NCBI RefSeq assembly: GCF_036971445.1
Contig: NC_091469.1
Span: 397,296,001-397,360,000, forward strand
Origin: Narcine bancroftii
Taxonomy: Eukaryota
Direction of reading: 5' to 3'
Length of the DNA: 64,000 nt
Shown: positions 11,657 to 25,333 of the stretch, one piece after another
Position numbering within the stretch: the stretch's first letter is position 1
How the letters are laid out: each line of letters starts with the position of its first letter
Made by a program: the position numbers and the translations under genes
The notes under the pieces: generated by a model
Database searches by the model: none
Told to the model about the DNA's origin: nothing
The model's input: the letters and a program-made list of their open reading frames with translations, nothing else

Positions 11657-13445
11657 CTCAGCCCTCTGTAAGGTTTGGGACAGACATTTTTTTTCCACTT
11701 TATTTGCCTCTGTTCTCCAGTTTTAAATTTGTAATCACACAATTCACATGTAATTAAAGTGAACAGATTTTATTGAAGGGTATTTGGATACATTTTGGTT
11801 AGAACATATAGAAATTATAGTACTTTTTATACATAGCCCCCTCATTTCAGGGCACCATAATATTTGGGACATAACAATGTTATGTTTATTAAAGTAGTCA
11901 TTAAAGAACTTTGCTGCATATCCCTTGCAGGACTCATAGACATCACCAAGCGCTGAGCATCTTCTCTGGCGACGCTCCCCACAGCCACCTTCAGCTCCTG
12001 TTTGTTTTGGGGGGATTGTCCCCTTATGGTTTCTCTTCAGCATGTGGAAGGCATGCTCAAATTGATTTAGATTGAGTGACAGATTGAACATTCAAGAATT
12101 TTTTTTTCAGTTTTAGGACTGTAAAAATATTTTTGTTGCTTTACCAGTATATTTGGAATGTTACCTGAATACTCACAAACGTCTGTGAAGCTAAATTTCC
12201 CCAACATTATGGTGCGCCGAACTGCGGGAACTATGTACAAAAAGTGTTGTAGGATGAAGCAATGTCTAATGAGTTTGGAGGCATTTGCTCCATCTGGAGC
12301 AGATAAGATGTTTCAGCAAATCTCCGAATTAATTTTGCTACAGTCAACAGCAGTTTTCATGATGATAAATGCGCCGGTAGCTGTGGCAGCCAATACATGC
12401 CCAGGTTATAATACTCCCACCACCCTGTTTAATAGATGAGCTGGTATGCTCTGGATCTTGGGCAGTTCCATTACGCCTCCAGACATTGCTCTTTCTATCA
12501 CTCCGACACAGCTTAATCTTGGTTTCATCTGTCCACAAAGCCTTTCTCCAGAATTCTGCACGATCTTTTAAACACTTCTTGGCAAACTGTAATCTGGCCA
12601 TCCTGTTTCTGTGGCCAACTAGTGGTTTGCATTTTGCCATTCAGCCTCTCTATTTCTGTTCATGTAGTCTTAAGTGGACAGTAAATATTGGGACATCTAT
12701 TCCTGCCTCCTGAAGGGTGTTTCTGATCTGTCGGACAGACGTTTGGGGATTTTTCTTCATTATATAACCATATAACCATTTACGGAGTGGAAACAGGCCA
12801 TGTTGGCCTTTCGAGTCCGTACCGGTTCACTGATTTTGTGCGTCCCGTTCTTCTTCTTCTTAACCAGGGTCTCAATATCTCTTGAAAACCAATGGTGAGG
12901 ATTCTTCTGTCTTCAGCAGTGGAGGTCTTCCTTGGCCCACCAGTCACTTTGTGATGACTGAGCTCACCAGTACGCTCTTTCTTCTGAACGTGTTCCAAAC
13001 AGTTAATTTTGGGAATCCTATGGTTTGGGCGATATCTCTTTCTTTTTATTCTTGTTTTTCAGCCTCATAATGGCTTCTTTGACTTTCAATGGCACAACTT
13101 TGGACCTCACGTTGAAAAATGGCAACTACAGACTCCAAAGGTGATCAAAAGCTTAGAAGCAAGCCTAGCTCTATTATGCCTGCAATTAAACATATCTGAG
13201 TACTCAGAAACATCTGTGAATCCAAATATCCCAAATATCCTGAAGTGGGGGAACTATGTATAAAAAGTGCTGTAATTTCTACATGGTCAAACCAAAATGT
13301 GTCTAAATACCCTTTAATAAAATCTGGAATATGCACCTTAAACACGTGAATTGTTTGATTACAAATTTACAAATTCAGAACTGTGGAGCACAGGGGCAAA
13401 TAAAGGAAAAAGGTGTCTTTGTCCCAGATATTATGGAGGGCACTC
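11657..13445 (-). mobile_element. Tc1-family DNA transposon (long IR/DR-type TIRs), defective
   Basis: ~200-bp inverted ends flanked by TA; transposase pieces 12780-12998 (TGGPRKTS) and 12344-12640 (KPL...RLQFAK...LWTDETK...GGGSIITWAC). Confidence 0.9.
12762..12891 (-). mobile_element. Short CR1-tailed insertion inside the Tc1 transposase
   Basis: Reverse complement shares the ~75-nt 3' tail (AGTGAACC...GAAAGGCCAACATGGC...CCGTAAATGGTTATATGGTTA) with 7086-7158. Confidence 0.8.
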
Positions 13446-14391
13446 TATATCACAAAGCATTCCAGTTGTCAAAGTACAATTGTCATTGAGTTACATAAGG
13501 AGTTGCTAGAATAGATGAAAAAAAAATGCTCAATCAAAGATGAAGATTTTTCTACAAGTTTTAAAGTTGAGTAAGAGGTAGAGAAACAGAAAGGTTTGGG
13601 GAGTGTACTCCAGAGGTTAAAACTTAGAGGTGAAAGCAGCAGCCATCAGTGACAGAGTGATGTCCAAGAACACCTAGATTTTAAAACAAAGTGGATTTGT
13701 GCTAAGTAACTTATGAGATGAAGAGAGTAAACATTTTAAAATCATTTTAATGTTATTTCCCCTAAAAAACAATGGGTCAGTTTTTGAAATAAATGTACCT
13801 CTTACCTCCTGTTTATGTACTTCCATGAATTTGCAAGAGTTATGTGTTCAGGTTGTGAACAGAGAGATCAAACAAAGGCAGGGCGACTAAGAAAGGTTGG
13901 CAATCACATTTTATAACAGGAAGCTCTAAGGACGAGTGATTGCCAACCTCAGAAGGAGAATACAAGAGGGCTGTTATTTTTGGCTCTAAATCCTGTAACA
14001 ATTTTAGAAGAAACATACACTTAAAGATTCCAAGTCAATCATTTTGGAGTGAAAGTGGGAAATCATAATACTGTGCTAATTTGTTTAACTCATTCGTAAA
14101 AAAATCATGACCATTTAATAGTACACTGGAAAATAAAACTTCAGTTCCCAAAGTTATATCAGCTTTAGAAAATATCACATGGACGATGAAACCATATCGA
14201 GCACCAATTATAAGAAAATACTATTTTTTATATTCATGACTTATGCTAATAAATGAAAAAAACCATTGGGCAGAGGCTATCCACTCATTGTAAAGGGCAT
14301 TGAATGGCTCTGATAGTGAGACTGATGTTGCTGAGAAGGTGATTGACTTAGTCTTCCCCCCTCCCCCACCCCCAGGCTTTAATGTTACTTT

Positions 14392-14770
14392 AAATTAATT
14401 CGGAGATGTGCTGAAACATCTTATCTGCTCCAGATGGAGCAAATGCCTCCAAACTCATTAGACATTGCTTCATCCCACAACACTTTTTATACATAGTTCC
14501 CGCAGTTCGGCGCACCATAATGTTGGGGAAATTTAGCTTCACAGATGTTTGTGAGTACTCAGGTAACATTCCAAACATACTGGTAAAGCAATAAAAATAT
14601 TTTTACAATCCTAAAACTGAAAAAAAAATTCTTGAATGTTCAATCTGTCACTCAATCTAAATCAATTGAGCATGCCTTCCACATGCTGAAGAGAAACCAT
14701 AAGGGGACAATCCCCCAAAACAAACAGGAGCTGAAGGTGGCTGCGGTAGAGGCCTGACAGAGTCCTGGAA
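14392..14770 (+). mobile_element. Inverted near-identical copy of Tc1 internal segment 11975-12335
   Basis: ORFs 12158-12439(+) and 14390-14578(-) are almost identical over their shared length. Confidence 0.9.
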
Positions 14771-17099
14771 AGACTTGCCTTTTGCAAGACTGCAAAGCCC
14801 GTAATTAATGAATCTAAATTCAAAAGACATTTCAAGCTGATGACCCATATTTAAAATATTTTCATTACCATATTTGTATTTTGAGCTCTTATAAAATGAT
14901 TTGCACCACTCCAAACCTTTTAAAATATGAATGGCCAAAGTAGTGGAAAATATTTTTTTTCCCCAAAATTACTAGGATGTTAGATGGACATTTCCAGCTA
15001 CAGAAAATAGTTTAATGATTAAAAACTAAACATTGTTTTTATCTATTCAGAAACCACCCCCCAATGATGCAAATAAGAGCAATCAAAGTCGGATAATGTT
15101 TTGAAGATTGATTGGTATGTTAAGAGCCCAGAAAGAAGTATAGCATGCTGAACTCCAAAAAAAAGGTGCAGAATTAATTGAGAGAGAGAAAAAAACATAT
15201 TCTTGTAGAAGTTTTAAGTTAGAAGCTTGAAACAAAAAAAAACTTAACTGATCTGAAAAACGACGTTTTGGTTTAACATTGTCTAAAAGTGCAGTAAAAG
15301 CCACTATCCGAGCCTTACACGAGTTGAGGGTATTCTCAATGTTACAATTCGTCAAGAGCAAAAAAAGATTTTGGCAGGAAAAGAAAACTGAATCTCTTGG
15401 AGACAAACAATTCAGTGGAGAAATAATGGAATTCTTTTTGGAATGGTATGAATTATAACACATAGATCAAGTTTTTATAGTGTCACTTAGATCTTGATTT
15501 ATACGTATAAAAACAAGATTTAAAAAAAAATCTTTCAGTGCATGTAATACAATGTTGGCATTCTATCGCTTAGTTTTCTTGTGGTATTCTCCTTGTTTGA
15601 TAGGAATGAATAAGAAATGTCACCCATGTATGTTAAGTATGTGACATGCAGTGAGGCACCTTAATTACACCTGAGTTGTGCATCTGTCACAAAACACTTT
15701 GGCACCTTCCCATCTGTCTTCCTAATAAACAGACTGTGTGTTATATGATTGCCATTAGCAGGCTGATGTCATTTTCCTTCACATTCTAAATACCATGGAA
15801 TATTATAATGCAGAGAAGACAAATGATTCTGCTCAAATAGGTTAGTTTTTATCTTTTTATTCTGTTATATTGAAGAAACATACAATATTAACAATTGAAT
15901 TAGCTGAGTGGAAAATACTTTTACTTTATATGTCCATGGCCAGCTAACAGTCAAAACAAAATAAAATTTATGTACCTAGTGAGACATAATCACTTGTAAA
16001 GACCATTAGCTGATTAATACTAAGATAAAAACTAACAGTCATATATTAAAATTCAAGAGAACCGATTATTTACACATCAATAATCTTACAATTCAGTCAC
16101 CCAAATTATTATTTTATTGCGGGAAGCATCCTTTAACTATTTAATTTTAACTGGGGATAATGACATGACCCAAGTAGCTACATTGCAATTCAAGTAGACT
16201 TGTTTATTTCATATTATTTTCAGTTTTGAATTTTTATTTCTCAGAAGAATGTCAGAATATAAGTTGCCTTCTGAAATATTTTATCTGTAATTTTCTAAAA
16301 GAAGCAAGTTTTTACTCCAATGTGTGCAGAACCAAAACCTACTTGCAGTTTGCAAGAACTAAGTGCTTAAGAGACTTAAGCTTGTATTCATTTCCAGATA
16401 TTCAGTGGCAGTTAAGCTAATAGAATTGAGCATGAGGCAGGGGGGGGGGGGTCAAGTACAGCCAACACTTTGTTATGCGTTCAGTATTAGAAAGCAGGAA
16501 CAAATTCCATCTTCATGTGGTAGTCACCATCATCAGTTATATGCATTAAAATGGTGATTTTTAAAAGAGTAAAGCTGAAATGTTTCTCTTTACATTTATA
16601 TTTTACATTACTGCCAAACATCATTGTCCATTTTCAAAAATACAAATGCTTTAAAAGGATAAGTTTTGAGGGTTCAAGAATAACCAATATATGGAAACAA
16701 TTAAGGCTACTTTACAATGACTATCTTTTCTGCATACAAGGTCATATAAAAGTTGCCTTTTATTCCCAAGAGTGGCTCGTTACTGATAATGTCAAAGTCT
16801 GAAGAATTTCAACATGTCATATTTCTTTGATGTTCAAGGAGCTGATAAAATGATTCAGCAAAGCGATCTAGATATTTTACAAGTGAACTCTTCTGGGGTT
16901 TCAGAGTCATTATTGAAGCTTGTATGACTATTTTCAGCATGTTTCAATTGAAATAGTGCACCCTGGAGCATTGAATGGATCAACATAAGCAAAATTCTGC
17001 CTTTTATATGCAAAGAACACAATTCTTTCACAGATTGAGTACAGTAAATTTGTCAGGAATTAGGGTGTTTCAAAGAAGAAATGTCATATTCAGGGATAA

Positions 17100-19960
17100 A
17101 ATGCATAACCTTTCTTTTTTTTAATATATTAATATATAATATATTATTATAATATGTTATATATTTTAAACATAATTCTTTTCTTTTTCTTTGGCTTGGC
17201 TTCGCGGACGAAGATTTATGGAGGGGGTAAAAGTCCACGTCAGCTGCAGGCTCGTTTGTAGCTGACAAGTCCGATGCGGGGCAGGCAGACACGGTTGCAG
17301 CGGCTGCAGGGGAAAATTGGTTGGTTGGGGTACGGTGTTGGGTTTTTCCTCCTTTGCCTTTTGTCAGTGAGGTGGGCTCTGCGGTCTTCTTCAAAGGAGG
17401 TTGCTGCCCGCCGAACTGTGAGGTGCCAAGATGCACGGTTTGAGGCGTTATCAGCCCACTGGCGGTGGTCAATGTGGCAGGCACCAAGCATACATAATAA
17501 ATAGCAATTACATAATGAATCAATTGTATACAAGTAAATACATAGCAAAGGGAGAAAAAATGAGTAAGCAATAAAATATGCATATCTACATTAATAGTTA
17601 CTCAATAACTTCATCTAGTAATAAACATAATGAATGCAACAATGTCAGACATTATTAGACTGTTATATCAAAATAATAAGGATTTTTAAAAAGAAAAAAA
17701 AAACTATAGAACTAATCTAATTCCCTCCTTCTAATCAAGGTTACCTTTTTTGAGAGAAAAAAAATTCAATAATGCTGTAGAATCACTGGTGACCCCTGGA
17801 GAACAGAGAAAGAATTGATTCTTCCAATCATAAAAAAAAATTCTAAGAATGGGTGCCATAACTTCATAAATTGAAACTTTTATCTTTAATATTATATCTG
17901 ATTTTTTCTAAACTTAAACACGATATTACATTATATAACCACTGTGTATGAGTAGGGGATACATCTCCTTTCCATTTCAATAAAATAGCTCAACTGGCTA
18001 TTAATGTAGTAAAATCTAAGACTTTTTCTTGCGATGCCAATAAATGTTCTTTTGAGACACAAGAAAAAAAGCAAACAGAGCAATTAATGGACAGGGTTCC
18101 AAGTCAATCTTAAAAATTATTGATAGAGTTTGAAAAATCTCCTTCCAAAATGTCTCTAAATTTGGACATTCCCAGAACATATGAATAAGAGAGGCTTCAA
18201 AAATGTTACATTTCCCACAAAAAGGATTAATGTCTGCATAAAAATGGGATAATTTAAGTTTAGATGCATCAGTTCTGTGCACCACCTCAAATTGTAATAA
18301 GCAATATCTTGCATAAAAGAAGGAATCATTAATCAAGATGAGAATAGATTACCAATCTTCATCTGAAAAAGGTATGTTTAAGTCTCTTTCCCAATATCTT
18401 TTGGGACTGAATTTAAGTCCATTAAATTATTATAAATACATGCTATTTATCCACCATGAAAATAAAAAAGGTACATTAAAAAGCAGATCAAGGCTCCTAG
18501 TATTAGAAATTTGTGGAAAATCTGAAAGCTTGGACTGAACAAATGTCTAATTTGTAAATAACTAAAGAAATTCCTATTGAAAAGATTAAATTTGGCTGAT
18601 AATTATTTGAAAGATGCAAAATTATTTTGAATAAAAAGATCCTTGAAATTTTGAATTCCTTTTCTATGCCATTCCTTGCACCTGCATTTAACAAAGACAT
18701 TTGAAGTAGAAGTTATCTGTGATTGGACTAGCCAGTGAAAAACCCTTAATTCCAAAGAATTTCCTAAGATGAGCCCAAATTCTCAATGTAGTTTTCATCA
18801 ACAGATTATTTGTTAATTTGGAAAAGTTAAAAGGTAAGAAGGTTCCTAAAATTGCCAAAATAGAGGTCTTTTTAGTAAATTATAATCCCATTTTTACCCA
18901 GGAAGGGCAATTCACTGATCTATCCAAATGTAATAATAAAAGTAAATTACATATTAATCACCCAATGGTATAATCTAAAATATGAAAGTGATAATCTTCC
19001 ATTTAATGTAGCTTTTTGAAGATAGGCTTTAATTATACCCAGTTTTTACACCTTGCCAAATATATGCAGAAATGGCCCAATCCAATGAGATGAAAAAGGA
19101 TTTGGGGATAAATATTGGTAACTTTAAAAAAAAAATTACAAGCATGTCCCATCATTATAATAAATAAGGGAGGCCAACCCAATAATGATTGTTTAATCCT
19201 ATCAAACAATACCCAGAAATTCTCTTTCAGTAAGCTTGTGAAAAAAAAATTGTAATCTAATTCCTAAATATTGAAAATGTTCTTTCACTACTTTACACAG
19301 AAAATTGGAATATATTTCAAAAGTACCTTTTGAGGGAAAAACTTCACTCTTTTGTAAATTTAACATAACCTGAAAACTAACTGAATTTATTAAAAAAAAT
19401 AGTTAATATGGTTGGTATAGAAATTTCAGAGTTTGAAATAGAGAGCAATACAACATCTGCATAAAGTGATACTTGATGTTCAATACCTCCTCTAATTATC
19501 TCATTAAATTCCTTACACTGTCAAAGAGCAGCTGCTAATGGTTCTAATACTATATCAAGACAACCCTGCCTTGTTCCACTATTGAGATTAAACATAGTCA
19601 ATGGCTGTAAATTACATCAGGCCAACACTTTGGGACTTGAATATAATAATTTAATCAATTTAATAACAATGCAGCAAATAAATACTCTCATTCAACTCAA
19701 TCAAATACTTTTTCAGCATCTAATGATAGAACATATTAAATTGAGAGTAGAAGGCATATATAAAATATTCAGTAGTTGATGAATATAATAATAATAATAA
19801 TAATGATAATTTTCTTATAAAACAAGCTTTGTCTGAATCTGTAATGGTTGGTACTTTTTTTCAGTCTTCTGATTGATGGCAATAAGTTGTGTTGGTCATG
19901 AACTCCATCTTATACTTAACTCTTTCCACTTCTAGAATTAACTTTTTTGACTAAAGTGTT
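17100..19960 (-). mobile_element. Degenerate L1/Tx1 LINE (ORF2 RT to C-terminus and 3'UTR)
   Basis: ORF 18016-18336 (RYCLLQF.VVHR, C..C, HMFWECP); SGTRQGC near 19560-19580; LYADVVLL near 19450. Confidence 0.8.
17177..17488 (-). mobile_element. RTE LINE 3' fragment (same family as 2056-3023)
   Basis: ORF 17240-17548 C-terminus matches; same 3' end. Confidence 0.92.
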
Positions 19961-20009
19961 CAAAGTTGGGAGAAATGGTTTGTTATTGAAGATTTTACTG
20001 CATCAAGAA

Positions 20010-20880
20010 AATGTCTCCAGAAATTCCTAAGAAAAAGGATATTACTGAATCTGAAGCAGAAGAGGAATCTAATCTTTTGGTAGTCGTTACGAGAATGATT
20101 AATGCACAACTTCAAGATGTTATGCAGAAATTAATGCAAGCTTTGAAAAAGCTGGAGGATAAACTTGACAGATCTATACCATCCTAGCTTATGTTTTTTA
20201 AACTTTATTTAAAATAAAACCACTTAGCAAACATTTTATAATATTTCAAACAATCCAAATACACGTGGTATTTTATAAAAAAGAAAAAGATTTAAAATAT
20301 TAAAAAAAGAAAAACCTCCTATTAATACCCCCACCCCCCTACAAACTAAAAAATGAAGAAAAAGAAAGGTATTTAATTACAAGGACTATTAGGCTAGTTG
20401 AAGATTTATGCTCTGAAATGGTTGTGATGAGAAAGAAATTTCATCCATTCAAAGGGGGTCTCAAACCAGTTATGCAGTATCCGGCACATCTGAGAATTAT
20501 TTGGAGTGATGACCAAAGAATGTATTTCAATTCTGTTAATCAGACCTGTGCAGCGATCCAAAATCTGGTTTCTGCCAGTTCTGGTTTCCCTTTGTCAGGA
20601 ATAAGTTAACTTTGTTTTCTCTAGTTTTACAGAGCAGCTACCATTTCAGACTAGCAGGGGTTTGCTTTTAACTAATGGTATTTTTTTCTGTTTCAACTCA
20701 GAGCTTTGTTTTTTGATGATTAGAAAATTTTCTAATAGTATTGAATAGTTGAAACATGCTACATCCTGAATCCAGAAAGGAATGAGTGCAATCAATGCTT
20801 TTGTGTATAAACCATTTTAATGATCAAATGATGGCTCCAATTAACTTAGTTTCATGGAATGTTAAGGGTCTGAATGGGCA
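20010..20880 (+). mobile_element. L1 ORF1 remnant and ORF2 start, inverted relative to the adjacent L1
   Basis: GLKPVMQYPAHLRI (ORF1 C-terminal domain-like, ORF 20418-20609); MAPINLVSWNVKGLN endonuclease start near 20832; contains a minus-strand L1 3' tail at about 20190-20385. Confidence 0.6.
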
Positions 20881-21077
20881 TTAAGAGGTTAAGAGTTATG
20901 ATTATTGTTAGGAATAAAGGAGTCTTCATTAAGCAGCTGACCAAATTAGGGTCGTCTAAGAAGATGAGGGCTTCATTTGGAGAACAATTGAAGAGATTAA
21001 CAAGGAAAATTATTGGAGTGTCTGGAGGAGGTTGTATACTTCTGCCAAAATGAGCTTTTGAACTCTACGAAACAATT

Positions 21078-21767
21078 TCTTTCTTTCTTTGGCTTGGCTT
21101 CGCGGACGAAGTTTATGGAGGGGTAATGTCCACGTCAGCTGCAGGCTCGTTTGTGGCTGACAAGTCTGATGCGGGACAGGCAGACACGGTTGCAGCGGTT
21201 GCAGGGGAAAATTGGTTGGTTGCGGTTGGGTGTTGGGTTTTTCGTCCTTTTCCTTTTGTCAGTGAGGTGGGCTCTGCGGTCTTCTTCAAAGGAGGTTGCT
21301 GCCCGCCGAACTGTGAGGCGCCAAGATGCACGGTTTGAGGCGATATCAGCCCACTGGCAGTGGTCAATGTGGCAGGCACCAAGAGATTTCTTTAGGCAGT
21401 CCTTGTACCTCTTCTTTGGTGCACCTCTGTCACAGTGGCCAGTGGAGAGCTTGCCATATAACACGATCTTGGGAAGACGATGGTCCTCCATTCTGGAGAC
21501 GTGACCTACCCAGCGCAGTTGGATCTTCAGCAGCATGGATTCGATGCTGTCGGCTTCTGCCATCTCGAGTACTTCGATGTTAGGGATGAAGTCTCTCCAA
21601 TGAATGTTGAGGATGGAGCGGAGACAACGCTGGTGGAAGCGTTCTAGGAGCCGTAGGTGATGCCAGTAGAGGACCCATGATTCGGAGCCGAACAGGAGTG
21701 TGGGTATGACAACGGCTCTGTATACGCTAATCTTTATGAGGTTTTTCAGTTTTTTGTTTTTCCAGAC
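21078..21767 (-). mobile_element. RTE LINE 3' fragment
   Basis: ORF 21135-21875 nearly identical to 2185-2961, ending FPCNRCNRVCLSRIRLVSHKRACS. Confidence 0.93.
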
Positions 21768-23821
21768 TTGTGTATTGCAACATGGAGGACACAGGACAAA
21801 AAAATCTAGTAATAAACTACTGGTACAAACAGATCTGTCATTTTTAAAAATATATTTCCATTGTATTGTTGCCACTGCTTATGTAATTATGGCCCTGCTT
21901 GTTTCTAATTTTGGTTTTAATCTGAGCGCAAACAGCTAAAATAATAGCTACATTTTTACTGAAAAGCTTTTCATTCATTACGCCCTTCTTCTTGAACACA
22001 ATTGTAATCCCATGTTAAAATGGGTTAATTTGAATTATTACTCTCCTTACAGTTTATTTCCTTATCAGCTCTAAATACTTGCCAAGAATTTTATCCCCGA
22101 TTGTTCCATGTGATAACATATTCCATTTTACCTCCAATATTTTGTTCATTGACTTCAGTAAAATTGAATTACAAAGGGACAATCCATTGCACTATCAAGA
22201 CTGAACTGCACATTTAACGCCACTGACTGCTGTTGCACCTCTCGTCAATTATGTTTAAATTTAATTTTATTCATGATTTAGTAACCTTTGCCACGACTAA
22301 ATTAATATAATTCAATGTTTTCCATCATTTTGATTATTGATCTCTTTTTACTCAATTTATTGTTGTTTACTCCATCATTGATTGTAATCCATTTCAATTT
22401 CTGCTACTCTATTTGAAATTTAGTTACTCATGAAACTGAAAGGTTTCAGTGGAGCACAAAAAAATGAAGAATATGTTCATTCCTTTTCCCCCAACATATC
22501 ATCAGAAAGCCAACAAACTTGAGGTAGCTGCTTCAAATATATATACTATAAAATCTTTTCTATACTGATTCTTCACTGTATTAATTAAAACATAATGAAG
22601 TTTCCAGCATTTATTGGTGAGAGTAGCTTTTATTGATTTACATTTTAATATGGATGGAACCTGATTACAGTTAATCAATGATTTAATTGCATTTACTTCA
22701 ATAATTCAATTTGTCATACTGTTTACAAACAGATTAACAGCTGTTTCTTATTCTGATGAGGATGAAATTTATTTTTTCTCAGTTTTATCTGCTGGATAAC
22801 TTGTCTGATTTTTCTTTCTAATCCTTTTGAAGTTTGGTTTAATCATTGCTTTGCTGTTGATTGAACATTATTCTTTTTTGGTCTAACAAACCGTCCTTTA
22901 TTCATTTTGAAACTTTGCAGTTTGTACGGTTACTATGAGGAACACACTGGAAGAAGACAAATGGCTCCTTGACGTAGGTATTTAGTTTACTCGGCTTTGA
23001 ATCAATTAGAAAAATCAGTCATAGAACCAGCTTTAATGGAGGGCTGATGCATGAGGAAAGGCTTCAGATTGGACGAGCTTAGGTGCAGGAGTACCTGGTC
23101 AAGAAGAAAACTTTACACCTGAATAGGGCTCTGATCAAGCTTCTCACAGAGATAGAGTTTAAACTAATTTAGCAGAGGAAGAGTAGAGAGATGAATCAGA
23201 GACAAGGAGAGGATTATATGTACATTAAAAGATGTTACAATATAACCTGATAGATTGATGAAAAAAATTGATAAGAGTGTCTGAAAGTAATCTGGATAAA
23301 TACTTGAAAGGGAAGTATTACATGGCAATGGTAAGCAGCAGGGATACAGAAAAACTATTTTCAAAAGACCTGAACAGTAACAATGAGCTTACCAGCTTTC
23401 TTCTATCCTTAATGTACCATGAAATATTCTGTTTTAATGCATCACTTTATATCAGATCATTATTATTAAATTATAGAATAGTAGAGCACAGAAATCTCTC
23501 CTTATGCCATCTATTACCAGACCAACATTTTTGTTGATCTATACTAAATCCATTTAACAACATTAAGACCTTATCTTTCTTTGCCATAGCTTTTAAGGGT
23601 TCTGCCTAAAGGCCTCTTGAAAGTTGTAATTGTACCTGATTCCACCACCTTCTCTGGCAACATATTCCAGATATCATCCACTCTCTGTGTAGAAAACTTA
23701 TCGTTAGATAACTTTTAAAACTCATTCCTTTCGCCTGAACTAATGCCCTCTCCTGTTATTTTTGATATACATAACATAGAAAATAGAATTTAATGTTAAA
23801 TCCTATCCATGCCTCTTATAA

Positions 23822-25046
23822 AACTTGACAACAATTTTTTTTTCAGAAGGTTTTCTTCCTGAAAATAAAATTGGGGATTATGATAGATAACTTCAAGATG
23901 AACACAAATGATTTCAGTTTTGCTGAAATTAGGAAATGTAGGAAATTGGAGAAAAATTAAACTAACTTTTATTGAATTTAGTATTATCACCACAAATGTA
24001 ACTCACTATGCTATTTCCTGAAGCACATTTGAGCATGTGTTCAATCTATATCAATGTAATATACAAGAGCTGCTTTTAAAGCCTGTCTGCATCTATCCTG
24101 ACTAAGCATATGCTGTGCTCAGAATAGGTTTGACAGGTTCAAAGAGAATCAAGGCTGGACACGTGCTATTAACAAATAATGGTCTTTATTTACACTCAGG
24201 GGAATTCACAAAAGAGGGCACACAGACTAACATACACAGCACACAGGCAAGGTATACTGAGAAACGAGAGTTTAAGTTGTTCAGCAGGCACCACCCACAG
24301 GCACGGTACACCACATATCTAAATGAGTACATATCATGAACCTGATCTCCATTGTCGCCACTCCTCAGGATCTGGGATGGGCCCATGGCAGTTGGCCCTC
24401 TGGACCTGCCTGGAGTTCAGTGATGGTCTCCATGCAGCAGCAAGTTATAGTATATTTATATAGGAGAGAGAAAAAAAATGAACAAATGAACAAACAAACT
24501 CAACATTTTTAATGCAGGACCTGTCCACATGACCTGCAAGGACCAATCTTGCGAAGGCCTCACCTGTGGAGAGAACTAACCATTGATTGGCACCTGGAGG
24601 ATCAATCACTCATCATCTGCCAGGGCCAATCATGAATCAGCCTCGTAGGTGGGCAGATCTAACCCTCAATTGGCAGGTGAGGTGAGTTCTGACTAGGTTC
24701 AAGCCGGAGAGATCACATAACCCTCCACATTGCAACCAGGTTCCAGATAGAGAGGCCACATGACCTTCCACAATCCACACAACAGCATGCCCAGGCCTAA
24801 TAGAATATTTGAATTGTATCTGCACTGAGTGGATGTCCAGGCATGCTTGGTCTGACCAAAACAGCTTGGTTTGTTGGCAATATGCTAGTAGATTTAAAAT
24901 ATAACAAGAAATCACAAAAATTAGTTATATCTAAACATCAGTGCATGATGGGGAAAATTTTAAAGTGATTTTCGTGATCAGCTGCCCAAAGCCCAGAAAA
25001 AATACACCCTAAAGTGTTCGGGAATAAAAATCTTTGTTGTCCAATA
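23822..25046. mobile_element. Probable non-autonomous Chapaev3-like (CMC) DNA element inserted in a CR1 remnant
   Basis: Decayed inverted termini (AACTTGACAACAA / TTGTTGTCCAATA); TAA on both sides (23819-23821, 25047-25049); flanking minus-strand CR1 sequence resumes across it; family assignment from memory. Confidence 0.45.
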
Positions 25047-25333
25047 TAATCAGGTTGCAAATTAGCCTCCTCCGCTCTAGGGAAGATAAACCAAGCCTAT
25101 CCAATCTCACCCCCATAACTAAAGTTCTTCAATCAAGGCAACATCCAAGTGAACCTCTCCTGCACTATTTCCAGTTCAATCACATTCTTTTCACATGCAT
25201 GGTCAATTTATTAAGCAGATGAACAAAAGTCAAAGAATGCATGAAAATAATTGCATGCCTCCAATTACAAGATAATTTTGCTTTTTGCATTTCAGAGAAT
25301 ATTTTCTTATTAAGAATATTAGGTATAAAGGGT

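Noticed and set aside
13806-13886. Minus-strand exon with good splice sites
   Set aside because: Stops in all three frames; could only be non-coding and is otherwise unsupported
22921-22977. Plus-strand 57-nt candidate exon (CTVTMRNTLEEDKWLLDV)
   Set aside because: Weak donor, no recognisable homology, short enough to be chance
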